Source: a bacterium
GTDB lineage: Bacteria; JAUVQV01; DATDCY01
NCBI GenBank assembly: GCA_036524115.1
Contig: DATDCY010000315.1
Span: 41,917 to 105,916 of the forward strand
Length of the DNA stretch: 64,000 nucleotides
Direction of reading: 5' to 3'
This document shows positions 1-8,831 of this stretch, one piece after another. Each line of letters opens with the position of its first letter. Position 1 is the stretch's first letter. The notes below the pieces were generated by a model, which worked only from the letters and a program-made list of their open reading frames with translations, ran no database searches and was not told where the DNA came from. The position numbers and the translations under genes are program-made.

Positions 1-1047
1 GAGCATCTCCTCCAGGCGCCTCTTCTCCGTGAGGTCCATGAAGTAGCCGTCGTAGCCGAGCAGGCGCCCGCCCGCGTCACGTTCCGGGTAGACCGACATC
101 ACCACCTGGAATTCGCGGCCCCCCGTTCCCCGGACGCCAAGCTCCACGTTCTTCAAGTCTCCCGCAAGGGCTTGGCGCAGCCGCTCCTCGCCGCCGGGAG
201 CAACGAAGAGCTCCTCAAGCCGGACGGCATGACCGCAGAGCGCTTCGAACTTGCGATTGCGCTCGACGATGGCTCCCGCGGCGTCGAGCCGGAAGATGGC
301 GTGCTCGACCCGTTCGAAGAGATCCTTGATGCGCTGCTCCGAGGCGATGATTCGCGCCTCGCGCTCCTGGATGGCCCGGCTCATCCCGTTGAACTCGCCT
401 GCGAGCTGGCCGAACTCGTCGCCGGTGACGACCGCGATCTCGGGATATTCCCCGCACGAGATCTTCCGCGCCCCCTTCGCGAGGGCCCGGAGCGGACGCG
501 TGGAAATCGTCACCATCAGGGCGACGACGAGACAACTCCCCGTGGTGAAGAGCAGGGCGAGCAGAAGGCCGCGTCGCACGATCCGGCTCTCGCCGGCGAT
601 GAGCGAGGCCCGCGAGAAGCCCAGCCGCACCCAGCCGATCTGCTCGCCTGCGGCCTCCGGTGCCGGGTCCTGGCCGAAGACGCTCAGCTCGTCGCTCGTC
701 CGCACCGTGAAGATCGGCGCGTAGCACTCGAGACTGTCCGGGTGCTCGAGGATGATGCTCGCCCGTCCGGAGACTGCCGTGGAGAAGGGCGGGGGCGTCC
801 GTCCCGCCGAGGAGAGCGGTCTGCCTTCGGCGTCGTCGAACGCGGCGAAGACCACGTCCGGCGTGCCGAGGAACGAGCGGAGCGCGCGCTGCATGACCGT
901 GCGGTTGCCCGAGAGCAGTGGCAGTTCGCCGGCGCGGCCGGCCAGGGTCGTGACGACCTCGGCGCGCTTGACGAGCTCCCCACGGACCAACCGCTTGCCG
1001 CTGCGGATGGCCTCCACGGTGTATCCGAGGGAAATCGCGATCAGCAG
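1..1047 (-). CDS. Sensor protein, N-terminal part (TM - periplasmic domain - TM - HAMP - PAS); gene continues beyond window start
   Basis: I translated the minus strand of 1-1080 by hand. It gives a continuous frame (...IPLLIAISLGY...MVTISTRPLRALAKGARKISCGEYPEIAVVTGDEFGQLAGEFNGMSRAIQERE...AIFRLDAAGAIVERNRKFEALCGHAVRLEELF...GREFQVVMSVYPERDAGGRLLGYDGYFMDLTEKRRLEEML). It has two hydrophobic helices, a HAMP-like segment and a PAS-like fold. A stop lies at 1063-1065. No ATG or GTG follows it, so the start is uncertain (CTG or ATT candidates at 1033-1053). It is absent from the ORF track because it runs off the window edge. Confidence 0.55.
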   Translation of the reverse strand, partial: MLIAISLGYTVEAIRSGKRLVRGELVKRAEVVTTLAGRAGELPLLSGNRTVMQRALRSFLGTPDVVFAAFDDAEGRPLSSAGRTPPPFSTAVSGRASIILEHPDSLECYAPIFTVRTSDELSVFGQDPAPEAAGEQIGWVRLGFSRASLIAGESRIVRRGLLLALLFTTGSCLVVALMVTISTRPLRALAKGARKISCGEYPEIAVVTGDEFGQLAGEFNGMSRAIQEREARIIASEQRIKDLFERVEHAIFRLDAAGAIVERNRKFEALCGHAVRLEELFVAPGGEERLRQALAGDLKNVELGVRGTGGREFQVVMSVYPERDAGGRLLGYDGYFMDLTEKRRLEEML

Positions 1048-1216
1048 AGGAATGGAGTGCTCCTATAGCACGGCGAGGGAAGCACGGCAACTGCAACCGA
1101 TCAACGAGAAAACAAGCTCCTCGATGGAGGACCTGCGCCGGGGCGGAGGCGCATCGATAGCCCTCCGTGGTGATCTCAAGTCTCATGGGCATGCGCGCCG
1201 AACAGGGGCCGGAACC

Positions 1217-1918
1217 GTGATCAGCCCCATTCTCGTCGTCGAGGACGATCGCAAGATCGCCAACGTCGTGCGCATCTACCTCGAGAACGCGGGCTACCGG
1301 GTCGTCCAGGCCTCCACCGGCCACGCGGCGCTTGAGGCCGCCGGGAAAGAGACGCCGCTGCTGGTCGTTCTCGATCTCATGCTTCCCGACATGGATGGCG
1401 AGGCCGTCTGCCAGGAATTGAAGGAGCGGGGGGACACGCCCGTGATCATGCTCACCGCCAAGGCTTCCGAGGAGCAAAGGCTCGCCGGCTTCGCGCTCGG
1501 GGCCGATGACTACGTGATCAAGCCGTTCTCGCCCCGGGAGCTGGTGTCCCGGGTCAAGGCCGTGCTCAAGCGCGCGAGCAGGGAGGGGGCGGGTGGCGGC
1601 GAAGCGTCGAGCTTCAACAAGGGGGCGCTGGTCGTCGATGCCCGCAGCTATCTCCTCCTGCGGGACGGGAAGCCGGTCGCGCTCACCCCCACGGAGTTCA
1701 AGGTGATCGCCGCCCTCGCCGGGGCGCCCGAGAAGGTGTTCACGCGCGAGGAGCTTGTCGCGAAGGCGCTTGGCTACGACTTCGAGGGCTACGAGCGGAG
1801 CATCGACGCTCATGTGAAGAACGTGCGCCGCAAGATCGGGGACGACCCGCGGCAGCCGCTCTTCATCCAGACCATCTACGGCGTCGGGTACCGCTTCATC
1901 GGCACGAGAGACGTCTGA
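1217..1918 (+). CDS. OmpR-family two-component response regulator (receiver + winged-helix)
   Basis: The product starts ILVVEDDRKIANVVRIYLENAGY...LVVLDLMLPDMDGEAVCQELK...DDYVIKPFSPRELVSRVKAVLKR...LTPTEFKVIAALA...GYRFI. The likely start is GTG at about 1217, inside the longer listed ORF 752..1918. The TGA stop at 1916-1918 overlaps the downstream ATG at 1918. Confidence 0.85.
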   Translation: MISPILVVEDDRKIANVVRIYLENAGYRVVQASTGHAALEAAGKETPLLVVLDLMLPDMDGEAVCQELKERGDTPVIMLTAKASEEQRLAGFALGADDYVIKPFSPRELVSRVKAVLKRASREGAGGGEASSFNKGALVVDARSYLLLRDGKPVALTPTEFKVIAALAGAPEKVFTREELVAKALGYDFEGYERSIDAHVKNVRRKIGDDPRQPLFIQTIYGVGYRFIGTRDV

Positions 1919-3279
1919 TGCCCGGGCGGCTCTGGGCAAGGCTCGCGGTGCTCCTCCTGCTGGTCGGGGGCCTTTCCCTCGTTGCGATCGTCGTCATGCG
2001 GGCCGTCATCTTCCGGGAGTTCAGCGACTATCACGAAGGGGAGATGGCGGACCGCGTCCATTGGGTCACGGCGGACCTGGAGTCGACCTACGAGCGGGGC
2101 CGAGGCTGGAGCCGCCAACGGCTCGCCGAGGACGCGATCTGGGCGCTCATGCTCGGCATCGAAACGCGCGTCCTGGATGCCGGGGGCACGGAGTTGATGT
2201 CCACCAGGCGGGCGCTCCTGACCATGCCGGCGTTGAGCGCGGACCGCATCGCATCCATCTCCCGCATGAGCGAACCCTCCTCCGCCGGCGCCTTCCTGCC
2301 CTACCCGCTCCTTCTCGGCGGGCGGGAGCTGGGACGGGTCGAGGTGCGCTTTCTCCCATTCACGCGGCGCGATCTCTTCCTGAGGCGCTCGAACCGCCTC
2401 ATCCTCCTGATCTCGCTCGTCCTCGGCGGCGTAGCGCTTGGTCTGAGCATCCCCCTCGCGCGCAGCTTCACCCGGCCGATCCTGCGTCTTGCGGAGGCGG
2501 CCGCCGCCATCGGCGAGGGCAATCGCGGCGCTCGCGTGCCGGTGCGGGGCAAGGATGAGCTGGCGATGCTGGCGCGGGACTTCAACCGCATGGCGGAATT
2601 CCTCGAGAAGCAGTCCGAGCTGCACCGGAAGCTCTGCGCCAACATGACGCACGAGCTGCGCACGCCCCTCACCGCCATGCGCGGCGAGATCGAGGGGATC
2701 GCGGACGGTCTCATCCCGGCCTCGCGCGAGCAGCTCCAGTCGCTCCTCGAGGAGATCGACCGGCTCTCGCGCTTCGTGGCGGCCATGGGCGAGCTCGTGG
2801 AGGCCGAGGCCGCGAGCCTCGGACTGCGCAAGACGCGTTTCCCCCTCGAACCCTTCCTCGAAGGGCTTCGCTCCCGGCATGAAGTGCTCTTCAAGGAAAA
2901 GGGCGTCCAGTTGTCAATATCGCCAGTCGGGGACCTCGAGGTCTACGCCGATCCCGATCGCCTCGTGCAGATCCTGCGAAACCTCGTGGCGAACGCCCTG
3001 GCCGCAACCGAGAGCGGCGGGCGGGTGACGGTCGGCGCCCGGGCATCCGGCGACGGCTTGAAGATCGAGGTCACCGACACGGGGCGCGGCATCGCGGCGG
3101 AAGACCTCCCGTTCATCTTCGAGCGGTTCTTTCGCGGGCGGCAGGGCGGCCTCGGTCTCGGGCTCACCATTGTCCGGGAGTTGGTCCAGGCGCACGGCGG
3201 GCGGATCGAGGTGGCGAGCGCACCGGGCCGGGGCACGACTTTCACCGTCATCCTTCCGGATTCGGGAATCGACGCCTGA
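1918..3279 (+). CDS. Sensor histidine kinase (TM, HAMP, HisKA, HATPase_c)
   Basis: H-box MTHELRTPLTAMRGEIE is present. N, G1 and G2 boxes are LRNLVANALAAT...DTGRGI...GGLGLGLTIV. The N-terminal helix is LAVLLLLVGGLSLVAIVVM. The start is coupled to the regulator (TGATG). Confidence 0.9.
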   Translation: MPGRLWARLAVLLLLVGGLSLVAIVVMRAVIFREFSDYHEGEMADRVHWVTADLESTYERGRGWSRQRLAEDAIWALMLGIETRVLDAGGTELMSTRRALLTMPALSADRIASISRMSEPSSAGAFLPYPLLLGGRELGRVEVRFLPFTRRDLFLRRSNRLILLISLVLGGVALGLSIPLARSFTRPILRLAEAAAAIGEGNRGARVPVRGKDELAMLARDFNRMAEFLEKQSELHRKLCANMTHELRTPLTAMRGEIEGIADGLIPASREQLQSLLEEIDRLSRFVAAMGELVEAEAASLGLRKTRFPLEPFLEGLRSRHEVLFKEKGVQLSISPVGDLEVYADPDRLVQILRNLVANALAATESGGRVTVGARASGDGLKIEVTDTGRGIAAEDLPFIFERFFRGRQGGLGLGLTIVRELVQAHGGRIEVASAPGRGTTFTVILPDSGIDA

Positions 3280-3282
3280 TCT

Positions 3283-3299
3283 TCACAAAGCTTCACAAT
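3283..3299. promoter_or_regulatory. Direct repeat TTCACAA-N3-TTCACAA, candidate OmpR-family response-regulator binding site
   Basis: The motif is seen directly in sequence as tcTTCACAAagcTTCACAAtct. It lies just downstream of the kinase stop and 170 bp upstream of the Met-rich protein gene. The 10-bp spacing fits winged-helix regulator half-sites. Confidence 0.3.
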
Positions 3300-3469
3300 C
3301 TGAACGCGCCCCCTTCACGAGTCCTCGCTAGTTTCTCCTCATCCGCAAGAGCCGGGGAGGCGAGGCGGGAGGCAAGGCGAGGCAGGCGAGGCCCTGAGGC
3401 GGTTCCTCGGGGACTTCGAAGAGAGAGTTGGCAACAGATCACGAAAGACGGAAAGGAAGCGTGAGGAGA

Positions 3470-4183
3470 ATGAGAAACGCTGGAAGCAAGATGGTGTTCG
3501 CAGTTCTCGTGGCGGCGGGCCTGATGCTCGGGTCCGCAGGCCGGTCGCATGCCATGATGATGGGGTGGGGCGGCTGGACCGGCGGCTGCGGGTGGACCAG
3601 CGGCCGTGGCGGCATGATGACGGGCGCCGGCGGCTTCGGGATGATGAGCGGGGCGGCGGGAAAGCCCGTCGTGGGGCCTGACGGCACGGCGTACCTGGTG
3701 AGCGCAGTTCCGTCCGCGACTCCGGGCAGCACTCCCCGGTGGTCGTCCTTTCAGTCGCACCTTCTCGCCGTATCGCCAGCGGGCGGGATCCTCAAGCTGA
3801 CGCTGGACGGGCTCGTCTCCAGCCCGGTGCTGAGCGACACCGACCTCATCGCCACGGCCTCACTGCCGAACACTGCCAATTACGTCATCAAAGCCAACGA
3901 CGGAAACACGGCCGCGCAGTCGGTGATCTTCTGGCTTCCCGTGCCGCTTTCCTCGTCCTCGGTGCCGCAGGCGGTCCTGATGGACGGCCGCTACGCATCC
4001 CAACCGGTGATCGCGAACAACCAGGTGTACGTCACGACCAGCAACTTCGGATTCGGGATGATGCAAGGGAACGACGTCTTCAACAACACCTTCCCCAACT
4101 TCACCGTCGCGAACACGGCCAAGGCCTACCTCTACGTCTTCGCCATTGACGGCACGCTGGTTTCGCGCACCGTCCTGCAATAG
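3470..4183 (+). CDS. Secreted protein with Met/Gly/Trp-rich N-terminal region (possible Cu-binding), otherwise uncharacterised
   Basis: ATG at 3470 is preceded by GAGGAG. The signal peptide is MVFAVLVAAGLMLGSAGRSHA, followed by MMMGWGGWTGGCGWTSGRGGMMTGAGGFGMMSG. It is located between the two-component system and the multicopper oxidase. Confidence 0.6.
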   Translation: MRNAGSKMVFAVLVAAGLMLGSAGRSHAMMMGWGGWTGGCGWTSGRGGMMTGAGGFGMMSGAAGKPVVGPDGTAYLVSAVPSATPGSTPRWSSFQSHLLAVSPAGGILKLTLDGLVSSPVLSDTDLIATASLPNTANYVIKANDGNTAAQSVIFWLPVPLSSSSVPQAVLMDGRYASQPVIANNQVYVTTSNFGFGMMQGNDVFNNTFPNFTVANTAKAYLYVFAIDGTLVSRTVLQ

Positions 4184-4353
4184 GCGGGCAGCGACCGGTC
4201 CATCGTCGGCCGAGTGCCCGGTCGCAGCCGACGGCGGAGCCGGTTCGCCTGCACCGACAGCGGCCGTCTCTTCCCCGCAGCTGAGGGAAGGGGCGGCCGC
4301 ATCAGGCGATGCGAAAGGTCGGCAAGGATGGCGCCCCTGCTTCGATCTGCCCC

Positions 4354-5226
4354 TTAGGAGAGAATACTCTCCTGATCGCGCAGCTTCAGGTGGGCGGCGA
4401 TCGAGCGGGCGACGATGGGACTTGCCAGCTCCGGGGGGAGCGAGAGCTCCTTGAGGACGCATCTGGTCGTCTCCAGCGGGTCCGGCTTCGGGGATGTCCC
4501 CGCGCAGAGTCTGACCGCATCATGGATCCTCTGAAGATATCGAAGTCCCTCCTCCATGCTCGAGAAGATGGCGCTGCCCTTCCGCGGCTCGTCCCAGGAG
4601 GGAAGCAGGTAGCGCACGTCCTTGACCGCCATCAGCTTCCGGATCGAGCGGACCGAGGCCAGGACGTCATCGTAGACGGGCGGCTCACCGGGGACCGGGA
4701 TGGCGTCTCCCGAGAAGAGCGCCTGGTAGCCCAGCAGCAGGATGGAGATCGAACCCGGCGAGTGGCCCGGGGTGTGGAAGACCTGCAGCTTCAGGCCGCA
4801 GCCGAGATCGAAGACCTCGCCATCCTCCAGCAGCCGGTCCACGGCAAGGGAGCCGGCCACGAGGGCGTCGAAACCGGGCACCGGTCTCTCCCGGGCCTGG
4901 AGCTGCACGTTCTCGATCCACGCCCTCTCCAGGGGATGCACGGCGACCGCGCATCCCGTCTCCCCCTTTATCGTCCGGGTCGCCCCGATGTGGTCCGGGT
5001 GGGAATGGGTCTGGACGATCAGCGAGATGTCGTCGACTCTCCGTCCCGTGACCCGCAGATAATCGAAGATCGCCTCCTCGGCGGAGGCCACGCCGCTGTC
5101 GATCAGGCAGACGCCGTTCGTGCCATAGATCAGATAGACGTACACGAACCTGTCGATCAGCGCCCCCGCGGGGGTGACGATCGTGAAAGGGACTTTGAGC
5201 GCATGAAGATGCTTGTTGATCTGCAT
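4354..5226 (-). CDS. Metallo-beta-lactamase fold hydrolase
   Basis: The HxHxDH motif is present (QTHSHPDHIG). Downstream His and Asp ligands are present (HTPGHSPGS, GD). Confidence 0.8.
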   Translation of the reverse strand: MQINKHLHALKVPFTIVTPAGALIDRFVYVYLIYGTNGVCLIDSGVASAEEAIFDYLRVTGRRVDDISLIVQTHSHPDHIGATRTIKGETGCAVAVHPLERAWIENVQLQARERPVPGFDALVAGSLAVDRLLEDGEVFDLGCGLKLQVFHTPGHSPGSISILLLGYQALFSGDAIPVPGEPPVYDDVLASVRSIRKLMAVKDVRYLLPSWDEPRKGSAIFSSMEEGLRYLQRIHDAVRLCAGTSPKPDPLETTRCVLKELSLPPELASPIVARSIAAHLKLRDQESILS

Positions 5227-5452
5227 GACTCATTGTAGCAAGAGTCCGATGCAGGAAGCAGGGGCGGAAGAGGCGGCCAACGAAGAGGGGACGGACGGTC
5301 CTTCCAGCGCAATTTGCTGTGTTTGCCCCATGGTCCCCGCGATTCCCCGGCCATATGTTTTGACGCACCGCGGGAGAACCTCGGTGCCCGCATGGTGGCC
5401 GACCGGGTTGTGGTGACGCGGCGGCCAGGGAAACGGGGATGAGGAGAGGCTT

Positions 5453-7768
5453 ATGAGAAAGGGAACGATCCGGACGTTGGGAGCGTGGCTGGCGCTCATG
5501 GGGGGCGTGGCCATGGCCCCGGGGGGCGCCGCCGCGAGCGCGTTGACGCCCCAGACCTGGCTGCCGGGGGAGTGCGTGCCGCAGTTCAAGACTTCGCTGC
5601 CCGTCTTCGGCCCCGGCTACAACGCGGCGCTCCGGCGGGTCAACGCGGTCACGAACAGCAAGATCCTGGTGAAGATGGTGCAGTCCTCGCGGGCCGTGCT
5701 GCCCGACCCGCTGGCGGCTCCCTACAACGCCACGGACAACGCGGGGAAGGCCTGCCCGGCGCCGACCTACAGCCCGACGACGATCTGGGCCTACGAGACC
5801 TGGACCGGCGACGGGACCAGGAAGCTCGCTCCGGCGTTCTGGCCGGCGGTGACGCTGGAGGCCAGACGGGGCAGGCCCCTCACCGTCACGTACGAGAACG
5901 ACCTGCCGAGCTGGAGCGTCGACCCGACCTCGCTGCAGGGGTTGATCACGGTCGACAAGACCATCCACTGGGCCGATCCCCAGCGGATGATGATGATCTG
6001 CATGAACAACCCCACGGGCGTCGACCCGGTGACGGGGATCCGGTGCGACACGCCGTACACGGGACCGGTCCCGGCGGTGCCGCACCTCCACGGCGGCGAG
6101 GTCCCGTCGGCCTTCGACGGCGGCCCGGAGGCGTGGTTCACGCCGACGGGCCTCAAGGGGAAGGCGTACCGCACGCTCGACTCGCCCGCGTCCAACCAGG
6201 CGATCTACCGCTACCCGAACGCCCAGGAGCCGGGGACCCTTTGGTTCCACGACCACGCGCTGGGGAGCACGCGCACGAACGTCTACAGCGGGCTGGAGGC
6301 CTTCTACTTCCTCCGCGATCCGGCGACCGAGCCGGCGAACCTCCCAAGGGGCGCCTACGAGATCGAGATGGCCGTCCAGGACCGCCAGTTCGACACGAAC
6401 AGCCAGCTCTTCTTCCCGGACGGCAGCGGGCCGCTGGACTGCCTCGACGCCTTCCTCAACCCCGTGCCGTGCAGCAACCTCAACGGCCCGCCGACCAACC
6501 CGGGGACCCACACCTTCTGGAACCCCGAGTTCGCGGGTGACGTGGCCCTCGTCAACGGCTCGGCCTGGCCGGTTCTCAAGGTCGAGCCGCGGCGCTACCG
6601 CTTCCGCCTGCTCAACGGCAACAACGCGCGCGTCTGGAACCTGACTTTCGGCGCGGCCCCCGTCTACGCGATCGGCGCCGACGACGCGTACCTCGACGCG
6701 CCGGCCCCGATCACCAGCGTCTTCATGGCCCCCGGCGAGCGCATGGACGTCATCGTGGACTTCACCGGTCTCTCCGGCCTGATCACCGTGACCAACGACG
6801 CGCCGGTGCCGTTCCCGGCGGGGCTCTCGCCGGTCCCCTACACCGACCCGGTGCTCTGCCCCGACCCGGCCAATCCTTGCCCCGCTGACCAGCCCCAGAT
6901 GGCGAGCGTCATGCAGTTCGACGTCTCGCTGCCGCTCGTCGGCACGGACACCAGCTGCAACCCGGCCGCGGCCCAGTGCGGGCGCGTCGTCCCGACCGTG
7001 CGGCTGACCAACGGCACCGGCGGCGCGATCGCCGCGGGCGTCAAGGTCGACAAGGTCCGGCGGCTGGTTCTCAAGGAGCACCAGGGGGCGGGCGGGCCGC
7101 TCGAAGTGCTCGTGAACAACACGCACTGGAACGGCCTGTTCTCGCCGCGCATCGCGGCGGACTTCCCGACCAACGGCATCAGCGAGCTGCCGCGGCAGGG
7201 CTCCGTCGAGCTCTGGGAGATCGTCAACCTGACCATGGACACCCATCCGATCCACACCCACCTGGTGCAGTTCCAGGTCCTGAACCGCGAGAGCTTCGGC
7301 ATGGCCGCTCCCATGGACTACCCCGCGGCCTGGGCGGCGGCGTTCGGCAACCCGCTGCCGGCGAGCCCGATCTGCGACAACCTCGACCCGCTCAACCCCT
7401 GCCCGGGCTACGGCCCCCCGCTGCCCTATGGCAACAACGGCGAGACGACCAGCCTGCCGAACGGACAGACCGGTGTGCGGGTCTTCGGCGGAAACCCCTC
7501 GCTGGCCGGCTACCTGATGGGTGACACCACCCCGCCCGCGCCGTGGGAGTCGGGCTGGAAGGAGACGGTGAAGGCCGAGCCGGGGAAGGTGACGCGCTTC
7601 CTGGCCCGTTGGACCCCGACGAGCGTCCCGGTCGTGCCCAACGTCTCCCTCGCGGGCCAGAACTTCTACCCCTTCAACCCCACCAAGGGCCCGGGCTACG
7701 TCTGGCACTGCCATATCCTCGACCACGAGGACAACGAGATGATGCGGCCGTACCTGGTCGCCAAGTAG
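5453..7768 (+). CDS. Multicopper oxidase (three-domain laccase/CotA/bilirubin-oxidase-like), secreted
   Basis: All four copper-binding motifs are present (HLHGG, WFHDHA, HPIHTHL, HCHILDHED). The signal peptide is LGAWLALMGGVAMAPGGAAASA. The RBS GAGGAGAGG precedes the ATG. Confidence 0.9.
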   Translation: MRKGTIRTLGAWLALMGGVAMAPGGAAASALTPQTWLPGECVPQFKTSLPVFGPGYNAALRRVNAVTNSKILVKMVQSSRAVLPDPLAAPYNATDNAGKACPAPTYSPTTIWAYETWTGDGTRKLAPAFWPAVTLEARRGRPLTVTYENDLPSWSVDPTSLQGLITVDKTIHWADPQRMMMICMNNPTGVDPVTGIRCDTPYTGPVPAVPHLHGGEVPSAFDGGPEAWFTPTGLKGKAYRTLDSPASNQAIYRYPNAQEPGTLWFHDHALGSTRTNVYSGLEAFYFLRDPATEPANLPRGAYEIEMAVQDRQFDTNSQLFFPDGSGPLDCLDAFLNPVPCSNLNGPPTNPGTHTFWNPEFAGDVALVNGSAWPVLKVEPRRYRFRLLNGNNARVWNLTFGAAPVYAIGADDAYLDAPAPITSVFMAPGERMDVIVDFTGLSGLITVTNDAPVPFPAGLSPVPYTDPVLCPDPANPCPADQPQMASVMQFDVSLPLVGTDTSCNPAAAQCGRVVPTVRLTNGTGGAIAAGVKVDKVRRLVLKEHQGAGGPLEVLVNNTHWNGLFSPRIAADFPTNGISELPRQGSVELWEIVNLTMDTHPIHTHLVQFQVLNRESFGMAAPMDYPAAWAAAFGNPLPASPICDNLDPLNPCPGYGPPLPYGNNGETTSLPNGQTGVRVFGGNPSLAGYLMGDTTPPAPWESGWKETVKAEPGKVTRFLARWTPTSVPVVPNVSLAGQNFYPFNPTKGPGYVWHCHILDHEDNEMMRPYLVAK

Positions 7769-7786
7769 AAGAGACCACGCCGAGGC

Positions 7787-7823
7787 GGCGGGGGAGGGCC
7801 GGCAGGCGCGGCCCTCCCCCGCC
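7787..7823. terminator. GC-rich hairpin downstream of the multicopper oxidase gene (candidate intrinsic terminator without U-tract)
   Basis: GGCGGGGGAGGGCC - 9-nt loop - GGCCCTCCCCCGCC forms a 14-bp perfect stem. It begins 19 nt after the stop at 7768. Confidence 0.4.
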
Positions 7824-7858
7824 GCGCGTTCAGCGGCGAGACCACGAAGGGAGGTTCA

Positions 7859-8263
7859 ATGACGACGAGGTTGGCGAAGGTCCTCCTGACCGTGTTCGCC
7901 GTGTGCTGGGCCGCGGCGGTGTGCGCCGACGCGCGGGCCGCGGACCAGAAGACCGAAGAGAGTTACGCTCTCGGTTACCAGTTCGGCGAGAACATGAGGA
8001 AGCTGGGCCTGTCCGTCGACCAGGAGGCGCTGGTCGGCGCGGTCCGGGACGGGCTGGGCGGCAAGGCCCCGACGATCGGCAAGGACCGCTACCTGGAGGT
8101 CTACGAGATACTGCAGCGGCGGATCGTCACGATCCAGCAGAGGAGGGCCGCGGAGGCGAAGAGCGAGAAGGCCCCGCAGGGCCAGGGCGCGAACGCGCCG
8201 GCGGCGACCCCGGGAGGGACTCCGCCGGCGCCGCCCGCCGCCCCGGCCGGCACGGGCCGCTAG
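7859..8263 (+). CDS. Periplasmic protein with FKBP-type N-terminal (FKBP_N / Mip-like dimerisation) domain but no PPIase domain; Pro/Ala-rich tail
   Basis: The signal peptide is LLTVFAVCWAAAVCADARA. SYALGYQFGENMRKLGLSVDQEALVGAVRDGL resembles the FKBP_N helix. The RBS is GGGAGG. Confidence 0.55.
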   Translation: MTTRLAKVLLTVFAVCWAAAVCADARAADQKTEESYALGYQFGENMRKLGLSVDQEALVGAVRDGLGGKAPTIGKDRYLEVYEILQRRIVTIQQRRAAEAKSEKAPQGQGANAPAATPGGTPPAPPAAPAGTGR

Positions 8264-8373
8264 TGTCGTGTCTCAGAAGTGATGATGATTTCGCTCGTTC
8301 ACCAAGCCCGTCAAATCCCCCTTTCCCCCTTCGGCAAAGGGGGAAGGGGGGATTTCGAGGACACGACATGACT
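8264..8373. terminator. Nested palindromes between convergent genes (candidate bidirectional terminator / REP-like element)
   Basis: Outer arms GTGTCGTGTC (8264-8273) pair with GACACGAC (8360-8367). An inner hairpin of about 18 bp forms from AAATCCCCCTTTCCCCCTT (8313-8331) and AAGGGGGAAGGGGGGATTT (8337-8355). The left flank is locally lower in GC. Confidence 0.4.
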
Positions 8374-8516
8374 TTCGGAAGGAGACACTGGCGCCGCGAG
8401 TGGCGGCGAGGTCGCCGGCTAGATCGGGGCACGCCAGTCGATCAGCTCCTTGGGGATGGTGCCGCGTCCCGTCGGCGCAGAAGATCCGTGCCTCCAGGCC
8501 GCAGCCGTCCCGGCTC

Positions 8517-8831
8517 CTACTCCCTGTCGTGCCCGCGCTGCCTGCCCTGGCCGCGGTCGTCGCCCTGCCCGCCGCCATGGCCCTTGAACCTGACCTCTTT
8601 CGGGTAGCGGTCCCGCGGCAGCTCGGTCCACGGCCCGTTCCTTGTGCGCGAGTAGGACCAACTGTTGTTCTGGTAGTAGTAATAGTAGCCGCCGTGCTGG
8701 TAGTAGGGGTCGGCGTCCAGCACCACGATCGACGGCAGCGCCGGCACCACGGCGACGCCATAGCCCCCGCCCACGATGCACCCCGCGAGCAGCAGGGCCG
8801 CGATCACCTCGACGAGCAATAGCCTCTTCAT
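8517..8831 (-). CDS. Small lipoprotein with poly-Tyr and Gly/Arg-rich tail
   Basis: MKRLLLVEVIAALLLAGC contains a lipobox. It is followed by GGYYYYYQNNSWSY. The ATG at 8831 overlaps the upstream TGA (ATGA). Confidence 0.55.
   Translation of the reverse strand: MKRLLLVEVIAALLLAGCIVGGGYGVAVVPALPSIVVLDADPYYQHGGYYYYYQNNSWSYSRTRNGPWTELPRDRYPKEVRFKGHGGGQGDDRGQGRQRGHDRE

Noticed and set aside
215-1939. 574-aa minus-strand ORF spanning the response-regulator gene and the sensor gene region
   Set aside because: It is Arg/Gly/Ala-rich with no motifs. It is antisense to an unambiguous OmpR-family regulator. The genuine minus-strand sensor gene is in a different frame (hand translation). It is a typical high-GC shadow ORF.
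3330-3420. Purine-rich run GAGGCGAGGCGGGAGGCAAGGCGAGGCAGGCGAGGCC upstream of the Met-rich protein gene, considered as a CRISPR-like or tandem repeat
   Set aside because: It has short irregular units and no spacer structure. It is more likely a low-complexity leader or an RBS-rich region. I did not call it as a feature.
4685-7726. 1013-aa minus-strand ORF opposite the multicopper oxidase
   Set aside because: It is antisense to a gene with all four copper-site motifs. Its composition is dominated by Arg, Gly, Pro and Ala and it has no domain signature. It is a GC-driven open frame.
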